DNA of 64,000 bases. It comes from Azolla caroliniana (taxonomy: Eukaryota; Plantae; Polypodiophyta). The notes under the pieces were generated by a model. It was given only the letters and a program-made list of their open reading frames with translations, was not told where the DNA came from and ran no database searches. The stretch lies in contig JBHGNT010000011.1 of NCBI GenBank assembly GCA_043228905.1, positions 10,230,001 to 10,294,000 of the forward strand, written 5' to 3'. A program made the position numbers and the translations under genes. This document shows positions 1 through 13,529 of the stretch, piece by piece. Each line of letters begins with the position of its first letter. The first letter of the stretch is position 1.

Positions 1-3000
1 GGAATGATCTAGGTTTTACTTTCCAATCCGCTCAACATAGACAAACATGGAGTCAGTTAGATAGAATGTATGTGATGCACAATGATTCTTTTTTACCGAC
101 ATCACTTCGTATGGCCGTTTTACAAGATGTAGGAACTTCATATCACTTTCCTATTTGTTTGGAGTTTTGTGGTCATGCAATTGACATGTATAAATCCTTA
201 CTTGGAAAGCCTCCTTTACGCTTTACCTCTTCTCTTTTGCTTCAACCTCACTTTGATTCTATCATGGAGCAAATTTTGGTAAATTTTTCACAATAAGTGA
301 ATCTTAAAGGAGTTAAAGCATGGGATATCACGTAAGAAATATTAAGATCATTCATCGTATGTATGGAGTAACTAATGCTCAACGAAGAAGAGGTATTCTT
401 CTACAATTCTCACAAGTTCTCTATAGGTGTAATGTGTTATTGATGCGTTCACCATTAGATGAGGAACTCTTGGATATCCAGAGTCAATTGCATGTTATTA
501 TTTCTCATGTGCAGTGCCAAAGTTATCGTTATGCGAAGATGCGACAATTGAGGGATGGGCTCATAGATAATCAATGTCAATCTCATTTGTTTTTCCAAGC
601 GTTATATCCTACTTATACTCGATCTAATGTGGTACATGTGAAGCAAGGGGATGAATGGATAGTGGATCCTACTACAATAATTGCCATATGTGTTCATTAC
701 TTTAAGGAGTTCATTGGCCCACAATTGTTAATGACAAATGAGGTGAGTAGAGCATGTCATGAGTTTTATGATGTGGTTGGATGTGTTGTGCATGACCTCA
801 TTAGTCATGAATTGGATGCAGATTTCATTGAGGATGAGGTGGACATGGTTTTAAGGCATCTTCCTAGTGGTAAGAGCCCTAATTAGGATGACTTGACAAA
901 TGAAGTTTTTAAGCGATATTCGAAAATTTTAAAGGGGCCCTTAACTTTGATGTTTCAACATTCTTCGGATTCTGGTTGTATGCCTCAGGCTTGGAAGGTT
1001 GGTCTAATTAAATTAGTTCCAAAGGTGGCATCTCCAAAGTCATTTCATCAATGAAGACTTATTTCTTTGATGGGGGGGTTGTATAAGATATTTATAAAGG
1101 TCTTGGCAAATAGATTACAAAAGTATTTGCCAAAGTTGATACATCCCGCCCAATATGGTTTTATTGCAGGTAGGAATATATTGCATAATGTGTTGAATGT
1201 TCAAATGGCCATGGATTATGCTCGAAACACTCATCAAGAATTGATTATGGTGCAATTAGATTTGGAGAAAGGTTATGATCATGTTAATTGGTCCTTTGTT
1301 TTTGGGTTAATGTATACAATGGGCTTTGGACCTCGTATGTCTCACCTCATATTTTTATTAGGACAAGATGCAGTGTCTTGAGTCATGCTTAATGGGGGAG
1401 TTACATCACATATTTCCCTTACAAGATCCGTTTGTCAAGGATGCCCTATTAGCCCATTGTTGTTTGCTATTGTTACTCATCCATTGTTAGTGATGCTATC
1501 AAGGCTTGCAACAAATGGTGATATTGTGGGTCTACACCTTCCGTCTGGAGGGCAACTAGTTGCACAAGCTTTGGTAGATGATTCTTTCATGTTTCTACAA
1601 GCCTCAAGAGAGAATCTTGAGAAGGGGATGCTTGTATGGAACCAATTTGCATTGGCTTCCGGATTACATATTAATTGGAGGAAGTCTAGTCTCATATCAT
1701 GTACTGAAAGGGAATTGGAATGTTTAGGATGGCAAGGATCCTTGGTGAAGAAAGGCTCTATTTTTCGACACTTGGGCTATCCATTAGGAATGAATGTTAC
1801 AAATGGTCAATTGATTGAATGGATGTCTAGTAAGTTGAGGGATAAGTTCATGTATTGGAAATCACAATCTTGACCATTTCATGTACGTTTGAAGGTTGTA
1901 CAATGTATTATGGAACCTATGATATTATATTACTTGCCATTGTTGCCATGGACAAAGAAGGCTTTGCATTCTCTTTTGCAACCTCTTCGATATTTGTTGT
2001 GGAAGAAGAGGGATAAGATGGGAATCACTTGGGTTGCATGGAATCATCTAGCAACTCCTAAGCGCTTGGGGGGAGCTAGAATATTGAACTTATCTAATCA
2101 TATGATGCCTCGTAGATTCTCATTATTACAAGACATGTGTTCAAACTCACAACCATGGATATCTATTGTTCAATATTTCATTGAGAACAAGGGTTTAACA
2201 CATGGGAGGACAACAATTAAGGCTTCATGGTGGCAATTACTAAATGGATGTATTTCAATTAGGATTCTAGGCTCTACATGTGTTCAACACTTGGTTACCT
2301 CATGGCAAGAAGCACTCTTGTTATGTGCATGGAAACAATCATCTAGTAGAGAGCATTGTAATTCTTTGCAAAAAGAGTTACTTGTGTCATCACGGTTATT
2401 ATGTTGGCCAGGAAAGGAGAGATTGCGCTCTCAATTTAATCGTTTGTTCCGTTTAGGGGTCAAAGAGGTGGGAGATATAGTTGAGGCTTCATCTCAAAGA
2501 ATTTTGGAGTTTGTTGAAGCACGACAATTATTACGCATTCCGCCTAATTATGGGTTTATTTGGCAACAACTACAAAATATTCCATTGATGCAAGGTCCCT
2601 TATCTCTACAAACAGGAGAACAACCGTGGATTGATTGGTGTTTAAAGGGACAAACATCATTGTTACAAGTGACTACTAATCTTTTGTATCATTGCTCTGT
2701 TGAGTCTCTTGGATGGTTATCATCTAAGGCTGAAGAAGAATGGAGATTACACAAATTTGATCATGGGTGGTGGCAAATCTTACAATGTAGTTGGCATTCT
2801 AAATTTCCACTTGTAGCAAAGGTCTTCACTTGGAGAGTTTTGATTGGAGGATTGCCTTTGGATTAAGTGTCGTGGACTAGCAACGGGTAATTACTTTTTT
2901 TGCACTGTTCAAATGGAAGATAGTACTCATCGATTTATACAATATCAAATTGCGTCTCAGATTTGGAGTTACATTTCTCAATTTTGGTAAGTTTTGTCAT

Positions 3001-3386
3001 GGTGTTATTTGACACCTAGATAGTGGGTGTTTGCACAATTTACAAAGGTGGACCCAAAGTCAGAGATGGAGATCGTTTTTCTATTTCTGAGATATTGGGG
3101 ATTGCGTCATAATTGGAATATGCGCAACACTTTTGTATTCGATGGTAGACATGGAGTGAAAGCATATCTACGAAAGTTGAAGGGAGTACTAATGTGGCAA
3201 TTTTCTTTATTGGATCAAGTGGAAATCCTTTCCTCATTGGAGTGTTCGTCTTGCCTATTGGCAATTCAACATGTTCCACTACCCATGTAGTGTAGTGTAG
3301 TTAGTGGGTGATCATACTTCATGGTCACACCCATTGTAAGTAGTGTTTTTTACACGCATTTATTAATATAATTGTGTGTTTTCACC

Positions 3387-3390
<4 letters not shown>
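1..3390 (+). mobile_element. Degenerate L1-clade LINE (ORF2 region and 3' end; 5' part outside window)
   Basis: Fragmented ORFs 66-3290 give an endonuclease tail (SYHFPI), RT motifs (KVLANRL, QYGFIAGRNI, LDLEKGYDHVNW, QGCPISPLLF, LVDDS, RHLGYP) and a zf-RVT-like region (KVFTWRVL). It ends in a short A run abutting (GA)n. Confidence 0.9.
66..3290 (+). pseudogene. LINE ORF2 (endonuclease/reverse transcriptase) with multiple stops and frameshifts
   Basis: ORF track pieces 66-296, 320-886, 1067-1381, 1385-1873, 1889-2866 and 3027-3290 are colinear ORF2 segments. Confidence 0.85.
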
Positions 3391-3431
<41 letters not shown>

Positions 3432-3635
3432 CCTATGAGGGGTATTTTGGGGAATTCACCAAAACCCACACAGACCAAGGGAGTGGGGGAGGTATTGTTA
3501 TGTAAGTCTCGCATATATTACATACTCCTATTAAGCAATACATTACACACGCGCGCGCGTGCATACCATACATAGAGCGAGAGAGACACACGCATACATA
3601 CATACATAATACCACACACACACACACACACACAT
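3391..3635. repeat. Microsatellite cluster (GA)n, (CG)n, (TACA)n, (CA)n between two converging LINE 3' ends
   Basis: Directly visible at about 3391-3429 and 3545-3635. Confidence 0.9.
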
Positions 3636-6600
3636 AGAGAAAGAAAGAAAGAAAGATATATTAACGTCTTCTAAGGCCAAAATTGGCCCATGAGACAAAT
3701 GGTTTACAACAAAAAATGGGATATTTACCCATTCATAGAAAGTAAAAAAAAAAAGAAAAGAATAGAGTTTAAAGCTAAATAGTTCTATTAAAATAAAATA
3801 ACAAACATGTTCTACAATGAAAATGATGTTATACTAGGCCTAATTTCATTTCCATCCAAGTCTCTCGAAGAGAAGCAGGAGGTCAAAGGGTTTCGATGTG
3901 GATGTGACCCATGGCCCCAATGTAAAAGGTACCCCAACCATAGCTTCTAGTCGACGTAGCTCACGTTTCCTTATCTTGTTAATCATTTCTACTCCATGTC
4001 GACTTGTTTTGAAGCCCAACATCCGAGGGCGTTTGGTTGTTCTTTGCGTTTCAGCTTCCTCAAGAGACAGGCCGAGTGGTGTAAGTGTATCCACATTCAT
4101 CGTCTCCCCTTGTTCCTGAAACATTACAGTAGTTACAAGTTGATGAATAGTAAAATGGTTATGGTTAACACTTTGTAATTTATTCTCCCTATGTTGTTTT
4201 AGCTCTAAGATATACCTACCTAGTCTCTTTACATTCGGGGTATCTAATAGTTTGGAGAGGGTGGGAGAGGGTCCTAATATGTCTTGGTATTCCAATCGTG
4301 TCTCGGCATAAGTTGGGCACTTGCATGTGAAGTGATACTCATCCTCTATCTCTATGTGGCACAACCTACATAGCCTTTCCTCCCTAGGGACTCTAAGAGT
4401 GAGAGGGATGCATACCCTCTCCTTAGCCTATCTTTGGCTGCCTGGGTCATCGAGAATTTACCTAAGTGAGCACTAAAAGTGACTCCCAAGTATACATATG
4501 ATCCAACTACCTTAACTAGTTTACATTTACTCCTAACTCAGGACAATGTATGAAAGATAAGGACTTTAGTTTTCGCTAGATTCACTACCAGTCCTCGTTG
4601 TGTACAAAAGTCATCTAGGGCATTAAGATGCTTTTGTAGCTCGTGTTTTGACTCCGAGAGCAAGACAATGTCGTCTGCATAGAGTAAGAGACTAACTTGC
4701 ATATCCCCAATAGCTACTCCCTTGCCTTCCTTACGAGCAATAAAATCAGTGATCTCATCAATGTAGATCCCAAAAAGAGTCAATGATAGGGGGCAACCCT
4801 GTTTTACACCAATGGTGCTAGTGAAACAATCAGATAGGCCACCTGGGCATCTTACGCACCCAAAGACTTGCTCATATAGGGCATAAATGGCCGAGATCAT
4901 GTCATTTGGTATCTCCAAGCTCTTAAGTCTATCAAACAACTTCTCCCTAGGAACCGTGTCAAAGGCTTTGCGGAAGTCCACAAAGCAACAATATAAGTGT
5001 GAAGATATGGTCAATAGTGGAGAAGGCTCGTCTAAAGCCAGCCTGCTCAGGTGCTCGAAGACTTAATGTTTCCATATAATTGCTAAGCTCCGCTTCCATT
5101 ACCGCACCATATAGTTTAGCGAGCGTATGTCCTATCATAATGGTCCTATATGTATTTGGGTCCATTGGGTCCCCTCCTTTATGTATAGGGGCCACTAGGT
5201 TCATGGTCCATTGTGGTGGAAAACCCTCGGCGAGGGCACGGTTGAAGATTAGAGTAAGAAAGGGGGCTAGGCACTCTCGAGCATATATGATGTGCTCAAC
5301 TCGCAATCCTGTGTGGTCCATGGATTTCCTATGTTGTAATTTTTTTATGACCTTCGTGACCCTAAATGTTGTGAAAAGTGTCCCCATGTTAGGTCAGGGT
5401 GTGAGAGGCATTGGGATGGGTGGTTGGTTCGGGACATGGTAGAGCCTCTCGATATACGTGTGCCAAATATTGGGATCCTCGATGGGTGTTTGTGGTCGCG
5501 GTTCCCGTAGTCTCTTCCATGCAATGGCGCAATCCCTACTCATGAGCATATGGTAGAGCTCCCAATATTGGGATGCTTCTCAAGCTCGTCTTTTACGACG
5601 TGTCATCTTGCGCATCTCTTTTCGAGCTTGTACTGAGGAAATAGTACCACTAAGTCGCGACACTTTAAGTTGTCTATACAACTCTCTACAATCCTCGTCA
5701 TACCACTTGTTCTGTGGCATAGACCCTATTCTACTATGATTGGAGTGTTTCGTGTATGGGAAGCATCTAATTGTTGCCGAGTGAAGGGTGTGTGCGAGTT
5801 CTGTAGTGAGGTTCTCTAAAGGCAGGAAGAATCAAAAGAGGAGAGATGGGCTTGAACATGTCGAGAGTAAATGTCATCGAGTTCATGCGTGAAATGTATC
5901 TGACGGGAACTCAAGGCTCCTTATGTCCAACGCTCGGCCACAATCGAGATTCTTTACTTACACAGAAAACAGGAAACGGAAAAACACGCGACACAAAAGG
6001 AGAGAAGAGGTACACAGGAGGTTTACGTGGAAAACCCCAAGCTAGGGGAAAAACCACGGCAGCCCACAGGCTGCAAACTGTCACTATGTGGGAATATACA
6101 ACAGTGAGTTCACTGAGGCACCGACCTCGTGCTCACAAATCTTCGCCACAGGTGGCGGTTACAACAGAGGCAACGACCTCTTTCTTTCTCTCTCTCTCTC
6201 TGTACACTATTACGTGCTCTCTCTTCTTCTTGCACCAACAAGGAAGAATGACCACCCACTAAAAGTTTGCCCTAAGTCATATTTATACTAATATGACTTT
6301 TCGGCTATTTACAAATGTAGCCACGATGGGCTCTCAGAAACATATTTACGAATATGTCTCTTCATCCGGTTCTCACCGGGTCTGTACCATCCGGCTCTCC
6401 GTAGCTGGGTATTCCTCATCCGGTCTTCACCGGGTCTGTATCATCCGGCTCTCTGTAGCCGAGTACTCCTCATCCGGTTCATACCGGGCCTGCACCATCC
6501 GGCTCTCCGTAGCCGGGTCCTCCTCATACGGTTTCAGCCTCAGCCTATCGGCCTCGGCCGAGTTTGTTCATTGGCACTGGTCTTCTCCCTTCCCATCCGG

Positions 6601-8537
6601 AGGGACCTGTCTCCCAACAGTATCATGGTGTGCTAGTTTGGTTGACTAGAGTTGGTGGCGTGGGAGGTGTCGCATTTTAGCTCAAAGTATAGGAAGCTAT
6701 GGTTTGATGGGGCCACCCGGAAGGAGTTAACCATGTGGGTAGCTTCAAGGTGTCCCTTTAGGTAATCAACTGTGCTTTCCCCTCCTCCATGTGGGAAACA
6801 TGTGAGCGCTTCCGAGCCCGGCCACTTGGCTAAGCCATTATATATGATCATTTGGTGTCAGCTTCCAAGTTCAAGCAGATGATGGCCAAAGCTTGTGGCA
6901 TCCGCACCTTGATCCTTTGATGTACACATTATATCTAAGTCTAAAGGGTCAACATTCACCATTTCGAGGTTTCTATCCATCTGAAATATTGTGCATTGTC
7001 GGGATTGGGTTCTCGCATTGAAATCTCCTACAAGGAAGACTTCCCCTTGAGAAGAATATCGGATTATGTCATCTGATAAAGGTTCGTATGGAGAAGGCCC
7101 ATGTAGCATTCCTTCATCAACTATACTCGCCTCTCCAACCATATTATACCGGGATCCTTTCGGGGGGAAGTAACACACGACGATAAATATCGCTTGGTCC
7201 TTGCTAGTGAGGACTTTCACCCACATAAAACGGGCTTCGAGGTCTTTCTTTAGTATTTCTATCCTATTATGTATCTCTCTCCGGAATAGTATCGCAACCC
7301 CTCAAGACCCTCTAGTAGTATGTCGACGTGAGGTTTGTCTAAAGACAAATTCCCAACGAAAACCGTCAACTTGTGGCAGTAAAAAAACTATGTCAGATAC
7401 CTTCAAAATCTCCTCTAGATGGCCAAGGTGTGTCCAAAGTGCACCGTTACAGTTTCATAAAGTCATCCTAAGTTTATTGTCTGTCACATGGGCCACACGT
7501 TGTCAATTGGCGGCACGATCATTTATTATCACACGTCCGTCTCGGTAAAAAGCACGATGCCCCTCTTTATGAGGTTGTATGACTCACGGCATACAAGTTT
7601 TACAATGCTCAATTTGCATCTTGGTCAAATCTTCATCGAGGTAGATAGGGTCCCCGCCCAATCCTCGAAGAATTGGTCTCTTTTTAAAAAATGTGATTCT
7701 AGATTCTGAGTCCTTAAACTGAAGGACCAAAGCTCTTTTCCAAGTGGTGTCACGTCCTACCCTCCAAGTTTTAGTGATTGGTAGGGCCTCGTACACCAAC
7801 ATTTTCCCTAATGTTTGTGCATCTTCGTCAGGAGATGCCCTTTCCTTGAGCCCAGTAACTCGTACATTTAGGCGTTAAGCTTGATGCATTTTTTCCTCCT
7901 CAAGGGTAGTGTTTACAATATTTTCATCATTTAGTTTCTTTTTAATATTACGTTTTACTACATCAACCCACCCAGTTTTTGCTAATTCCATATCGCTTTT
8001 AACCTCTTCATTAACCTTTTTTATCTCGTCCTTAATATCCTCTAGGGAAGATATCTCACCATCTTCCCTAGATGTCTCAAGATCCTTGACTTGTTTCTGA
8101 GCACTTCTTTTTCTTCATTATCTTTTTGTTTTTCAGCTTCAATCTCTTTCGCCCATTTTTCTGGTTTAACTAAACGGTTAAGGACATCTAAAAATTCTTC
8201 CTTATAATTTCTTCGTGTGTTTCCTTATGGTTTCATTTAGAAGTCATGTTGTAAATCAAAAGATAAAAGAAAAAAAGACAAAGAGGACAGAAAAAACTTA
8301 GTCGAGCATCGATGCCTTGTGCACTAGGTTCGAGTGTAGAAGGACATGTATGCTTCAGCCGATTACGTCGTTAGAAGCGTAGGTGATAGCGGGGACGAAC
8401 AATGACGACAACGGCAATGACTACACATGACAATGGTGGCAGCAACGACGACGGCCAAGAACTATGACAACGGTGACGACAGTGACGACGGCTGTAGGCG
8501 ATGATAACATACGGTAACGACAGAAAGAGCCGTTACT
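3636..8537 (-). mobile_element. LINE copy A (RTE/RTEX-like family), decayed, with internal deletions and a solo-LTR insertion
   Basis: Colinear with copy B. It has a (TTTC)n 3' tail at about 3636-3655, a C-terminal CHIEIEDEYHFTCKCP motif, RT (VDFRKAFD, QGCPLS, YADD), APE endonuclease (VGDFNART) and ORF1 remnants at 7500-8250. There is a large deletion near 4395. The 5' boundary is approximate. Confidence 0.88.
5901..6619 (-). mobile_element. Copia-family solo LTR
   Basis: TG...CA termini and perfect 5-bp TSD GTATC (5896-5900 / 6620-6624). Near-identical to 63091-63710 and related to the LTRs of the Copia at 54466-59220, which gives the orientation. Confidence 0.92.
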
Positions 8538-8812
8538 AGAGAGAGAGAGAGAGAGAGAGAGAGAAGCAAGTGATGGTGGCAAAAACCTAAGCCCCAAGCC
8601 AGCAAGTCTCTCCATATGTACACATACATACATACATACACAAAAAGAGAGAGAGAGAGAGAAGCACTTGATGGATGGTGGCAAAAACCTAAGCCCCATA
8701 CATACATACATACATACATACATACAGAGAGAGAGAGAGAGAAGCAGCTAATGGTGGCAAAAACCTAAGCCCCAAGCAAGCAAGTCTCGCAGAGAGAGAG
8801 AGAGAGAGAGAG
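8538..8812. repeat. Composite repeat: 3 copies of ATGGTGGCAAAAACCTAAGCCCCA separated by (GA)n/(TACA)n tracts
   Basis: Motif at about 8573-8596, 8675-8698 and 8751-8774. Confidence 0.85.
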
Positions 8813-8975
8813 AAAGAAAGATATATTAACGTCTTCTAAGGCCAAATTTGGCCCATGAGACAATTGGGTTACAACAAAAATGAGTGTTTATCCAATCATC
8901 AAAACTAAAATAAAAGAAAATAGCTTAAGCTAAGAAAGTTCTAGTAGTGTACAAAACTTTGCACTAAGCCTAATC

Positions 8976-11900
8976 TCATTTCCACCCAAGTCTCTCAGAA
9001 AGAAGTGGGAGGTCAAAAGTTTTTGGTGTGGGTGTGACCCTTGGTCCCGATGAATAGAGTGCCCTAGCCATGGCTTCTAGGCGGTGTAGTTCATGTTCCC
9101 TTATTTTTTTTATTGCTTCTCCATCTCGTCGAGTTGCTTTGAAACCCGACATCCAAGGGCATTTGGTTCTTCTTTGATTTTTTGCTTCATCAAGGAAAAG
9201 CCCGAGTGGTGCAGGTGTGTTGACATTCATTGTCTCCCCCTATTCTTGAAAAACTTCATTTGTTATATGTTGGTAAACATTAGCAACATTATTATCAACA
9301 TTTTGTAACTTATTCTCTCTGTGTTGTTTCAATTCTAAGATGTATCTACCTAATTTCTTTATATCTAGTGTATCTAATAGTTTAGGGAGGGTGGGAGAGG
9401 AACCAAGTATGTCTTGGTATTTTGCCCTTATCTCTGCATAGGTGGGGCATTTGCATGTAAAATGGTACTCATCCTCTATCTCTATGTGGCATAACCTACA
9501 TATCCTTTCCTCCCTAGGGACTCCATTAGTACGTCCATTCTCAATCTCAAGTTGGTGAGATGATATTCTAAGTTGACCAATGGCAACCCTTAGTGCATGT
9601 GGTAAGAATACATCTAGATATTTTGGGCGCGTGATAAAACCTAACTCAGAGAAGTGCATAATGTGTTCCTTATAGTACGACATTTTAGATGGGAGTGGTT
9701 CTAGTGGGGTGATCCATTTATACCAAGTATAAATTTGCCATATTTCTTGGCATATTACTTTATTACGGTCCTTATGAGAGATTAAAGTTACCAGTCATGT
9801 GGTCGTACATAAGGGGGGGGAGGTTATTAATGTCTAGACCGTTGCCAAGAAGCCAACTCACCATCATGCCATAACATGAGCTAGTATAGCCAGACTCATA
9901 CAGTGCTCGAGAAGCCTTAAAGGCTTGGTGGGATATTCTATCAAGTGGTTGGTTATGTATCTTGTGGATAAAGACTACAAGTTGAAAAAGTGCTTCTACT
10001 AACACAAGGGGTAGAGTGAACTCAGCCCTAATAATGTCATGTGGGACCGACGATTTGCTTCGGAGTTGGCGTGATACATCATCACCAATGGTCTCTCTAA
10101 TTGCGTCCACATGAAAGATGGTAGTCTTGGAGCCCAAACCGCTGATGCATACATGAGAGAGGGAGTCACTAATGAGTCAAAGAGCCATCCTTTAGTTCGT
10201 GGCTCTTGGAAGTATGCTTGGTGGCATTGTCTCTCGAGGAGTGAGAGGGATGCATGTCCTCTTGTAAGTCTATCCTTCGCTGCTTGTGTCATTGAAAATT
10301 TACCTGAGCGGGCATTGAAAGTGACTCCGAGATAGACATATGATCCAACCACCTCAACTGGGCTATGGGAGATAGTTAGGTGACACTTAGCTCTAACTTG
10401 GGACGACGTGTGGAAGATAAGGACTTTAGTTTTCCCTAGATTCACTACCAATCCTCGTTGTGTGCAAAAGTCATCTAAGGCATTAAGGTGCCTTTGTAGG
10501 TCGTGTTCGGATTCAGAGAGCAAAACTATGTCGTTTGCATAGCGCAAGATACGCACCTGCGTATCCCCAAGGACTACTCCATTGCCTCCCTTACGAGCAA
10601 TAAAATCTGTGATCTCATCAATGTAGATCCCAAAAAGAGTCGGAGATAAGGGGAAACCTTGTTTTACATCAATAGTGCTAGTGAAACTATCAGATATGCC
10701 GCCTGGGCATCGAACACACTCGGACACTTGTTCATATAGTGCGTAGATGGCCCAAACCATGTCATCTGGTATCCTCAAGCTCTTAAGCCTATCAAACAAC
10801 CGCTCTCTAGGGACCGTGTCAAAGGCTTTGCGGAAGTACACAAAACAACAATATAGTTTCTTCTTACAAGCCTTAGTCTGGTCAATTAAGCATCTAAGTG
10901 TGAAGATATGATCAATAGTGGAGAAGGCTCGTCTAAAGCTAGCCTGTTCAGGTGCACGACGATTTAAGGTCTCCATATACTCACTAAGCTCTGCCTCCAT
11001 TACTGCACCATATAATTTAGCAAGGGTATGACCTATCATAATGGTCCTATAAGTATTTGGGTCCATGGGGTCTCCCCCTTTATGTATGGGGGCCACTGTG
11101 TTCATGGTCCATTGTGGTGGAAAACCCTCTGCGAGGGCACGATTGAAGATTAGAGTTAACAAGGGAGCTAGGCACTCTCTCGCATATATGATGTGTTCTG
11201 CTCGCAATCCTGTGTGGTCCATGGACTTCCTATGTTGTAATTTCTTTATTAGCTTCGTGACCCTAGAGGTCGTGAAGAGTGTCCCCACAGTAGGTCGGGG
11301 TGTAGAAGGCATTGGAATGGGTGCTTGGTTTGGGATTTGGTAAAGTCTCTCTGTATAAGTGTGCCAAGTTTCGGGATCTTCGATGGGTGTTTGTGGTCTT
11401 GGTTCCCGTAATCTCTTCCATGCAGTGGCACAATCGCTACTCATGAGCATATGGTAGAGTTCCCAATATTGGGATGCCTCCCATGCTCGTCTCTTACGAC
11501 GTGTCATCTTGCGCATTTCTTTACGAGCTTGTATTGAGGTAATACTACCACTGAGTTGCGATATTGTAAGTTGTCTATGTAAGCACCTACAATCCTCATC
11601 ATACCATCTATTTTGTGGCATAGATCCTACTTTACCTTGATTGGAGTGTTTCGTGTATGGGAAACTGCTAACTACTGCAGCGTGAAGGATGTATGTGAGT
11701 TTCGTACTAAGGCTCTCTAAAGGTAGGGAGGGATCAAGGGAGGAGAGATGGGCTTGAACATGTTGAGCATATATGTTAGAGAGCTCATGTGTGAAATGTA
11801 TTGTGATGTCATGGCGTGGTTGACTAGAGTTGGTGACGTTAGAGATATCGCATTTTAGCTCGAAGTATAAGAAACTATGGTCCGCGCCAATAGGACATGG

Positions 11901-12686
11901 GGCCACTCGGAAGGAGTTAATCATGTGGGTAGCTTCAGGGCGTCCTATTAGATAATCGACTGTGCTTTCCCCTCCTCCATGTGGGAAACATGTGAGCTCT
12001 TCCGAACCTGGCCACTTGGCTAAACCATTATATATGACCATCTGGTGCCGACTGCTGAGTTCGAGCAAATGATGGCCAAAGCTCGTGGCATTCGCACCTT
12101 GATCCTTTGATCTACGTGTGGTGTCTATGTCTAAAGGATCGACATTTACCATTTCTAGGTTTCTATTCATTTGAAATAGTGTGCATTGTCGGGATTGGGT
12201 TCTCGCATTAAAGTCTCGTACAAGGAATACTTCTCCTTGGGAAGAATATCGGATTATGTCATCTGATAGAGGTTCATATGGGGAAGGCCCATGTGGCACT
12301 CCGTCATCAACTAATCTTGCCTCGCCAGCCAGATTATAACGAGAGCCTTTCGGGGGAAAGTAACAAATGGCGAAAAATACTGCCTTGTCCTTGCTTGTGG
12401 AGACTTTCACCCACATAAAACGAGCTTCTGGGTATGTGCTCAGTATTTCTATCCTATTATGTAGCTCCCTCCGAAACAATATTGCGACACCTCCAGATCC
12501 CCTGGTAGTGCATCGACGTGAGGTTTGTCTAAAAGCCGACTCCCAACGAAATCCTTCGACTCGTGGGAGTCCCCTATTTGGGCTTTGGTGTGTTTCTACT
12601 AGGCAAACTATATCTAATTCCTTTAATATCCCCTTTAGGCGGCCGGGGTGTGTCCAGAGTGCGCCGTTACAATTCCATAAGGTCAT
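8976..12686 (-). pseudogene. LINE ORF2: APE endonuclease, reverse transcriptase, C-terminal Cys/His motif (few lesions)
   Basis: 905-aa ORF (WNCNG, LVETH, DFNART, ADH, FRKAFD, YAND, YLGV) plus frameshifted tail ORFs 9772-10137, 9240-9683 and 8976-9230 (SSHQLEIENGR, CRLCH...HFTCKCP). Confidence 0.9.
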
Positions 12687-12722
12687 CCTAAGTGTGTTTT
12701 CTGTCACATGGGCCACACGCCG

Positions 12723-13529
12723 TCAATTAGTAGTGCGATCATTTATGATCACTCGCCCATCTCGATAAAAGGCGCGATGCCCGTCTTTATGAGCTTGCAT
12801 AACCTTTGGCATACAACTCTTGCGATGCTCAATTTGCATCTTGGTGAGGTCTTCATCGAGATAGATAGGGTCCCCACCCAATCCTCGAAGAATTGGTCTC
12901 TTCTTAAAGAAAGTGATTCTAGAGTCTAAGTCTTTAAATTGAAGAACTAAGGCTCTCTTCCTAGTTGTGTCGCGTCCGACCCTCCAAGCTTTGGTGATAG
13001 GTAGGGTTGTTGTGTACCTTAACATTTTCCTGAGTGTTTGTGCATCCTCGTCCGGGGATGCACCTTCCTTGAGCCCAGTGACACGCACATTTTGGCGTCG
13101 GGCCTGACGCATTTTCTCCTCTTCGAGGGTGGTATTAACAATATTTTCATCCTTTATTTCTTTTTTAATGTTTCTTTTAACCACATCTACCCAACACGTT
13201 TTTGCTAACTCTATGTTATTTTTAACCTCCTCTTTAACTTTTTTGATCTTATCTTTTATATCCTCTATGGAGGATATTTCACCGTCCTCTCGGGATACCT
13301 TGATGTCATTAAGTTGTTGTTTGAGGTTTGTGTTTTCCTCTTTAAGTTTTTCTATTTCGGCCTTGAGGGTGTCTTTTTCCTCTCCATCTTTTTTCTTGTG
13401 GGTTTCGGCGTCTTTCACCCATTTTTTCATATCCATCTCTATTTTTGTTAAACGGTTAAACATATCCAAAAAGTCCTCCTTACTTATAGCCTCGTCTTGT
13501 GTATCCTTGTGTTCCTTTCGTTTAGACAT
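12723..13529 (-). CDS. LINE ORF1 (coiled-coil plus putative RNA-binding region)
   Basis: Open frame from ATG (MSKRKEHK) with an E/K-rich coiled coil followed by NVRVTGL...IYLDEDLT. It ends just before ORF2. Confidence 0.8.
   Translation of the reverse strand: MSKRKEHKDTQDEAISKEDFLDMFNRLTKIEMDMKKWVKDAETHKKKDGEEKDTLKAEIEKLKEENTNLKQQLNDIKVSREDGEISSIEDIKDKIKKVKEEVKNNIELAKTCWVDVVKRNIKKEIKDENIVNTTLEEEKMRQARRQNVRVTGLKEGASPDEDAQTLRKMLRYTTTLPITKAWRVGRDTTRKRALVLQFKDLDSRITFFKKRPILRGLGGDPIYLDEDLTKMQIEHRKSCMPKVMQAHKDGHRAFYRDGRVIINDRTTN

Noticed and set aside
5846-6649. ORFs within the solo LTRs (also at 54907, 58919, 63011, 63482)
   Set aside because: They arise from GC-rich tandem repeats in LTR sequence, and their lengths and stop positions vary between copies.
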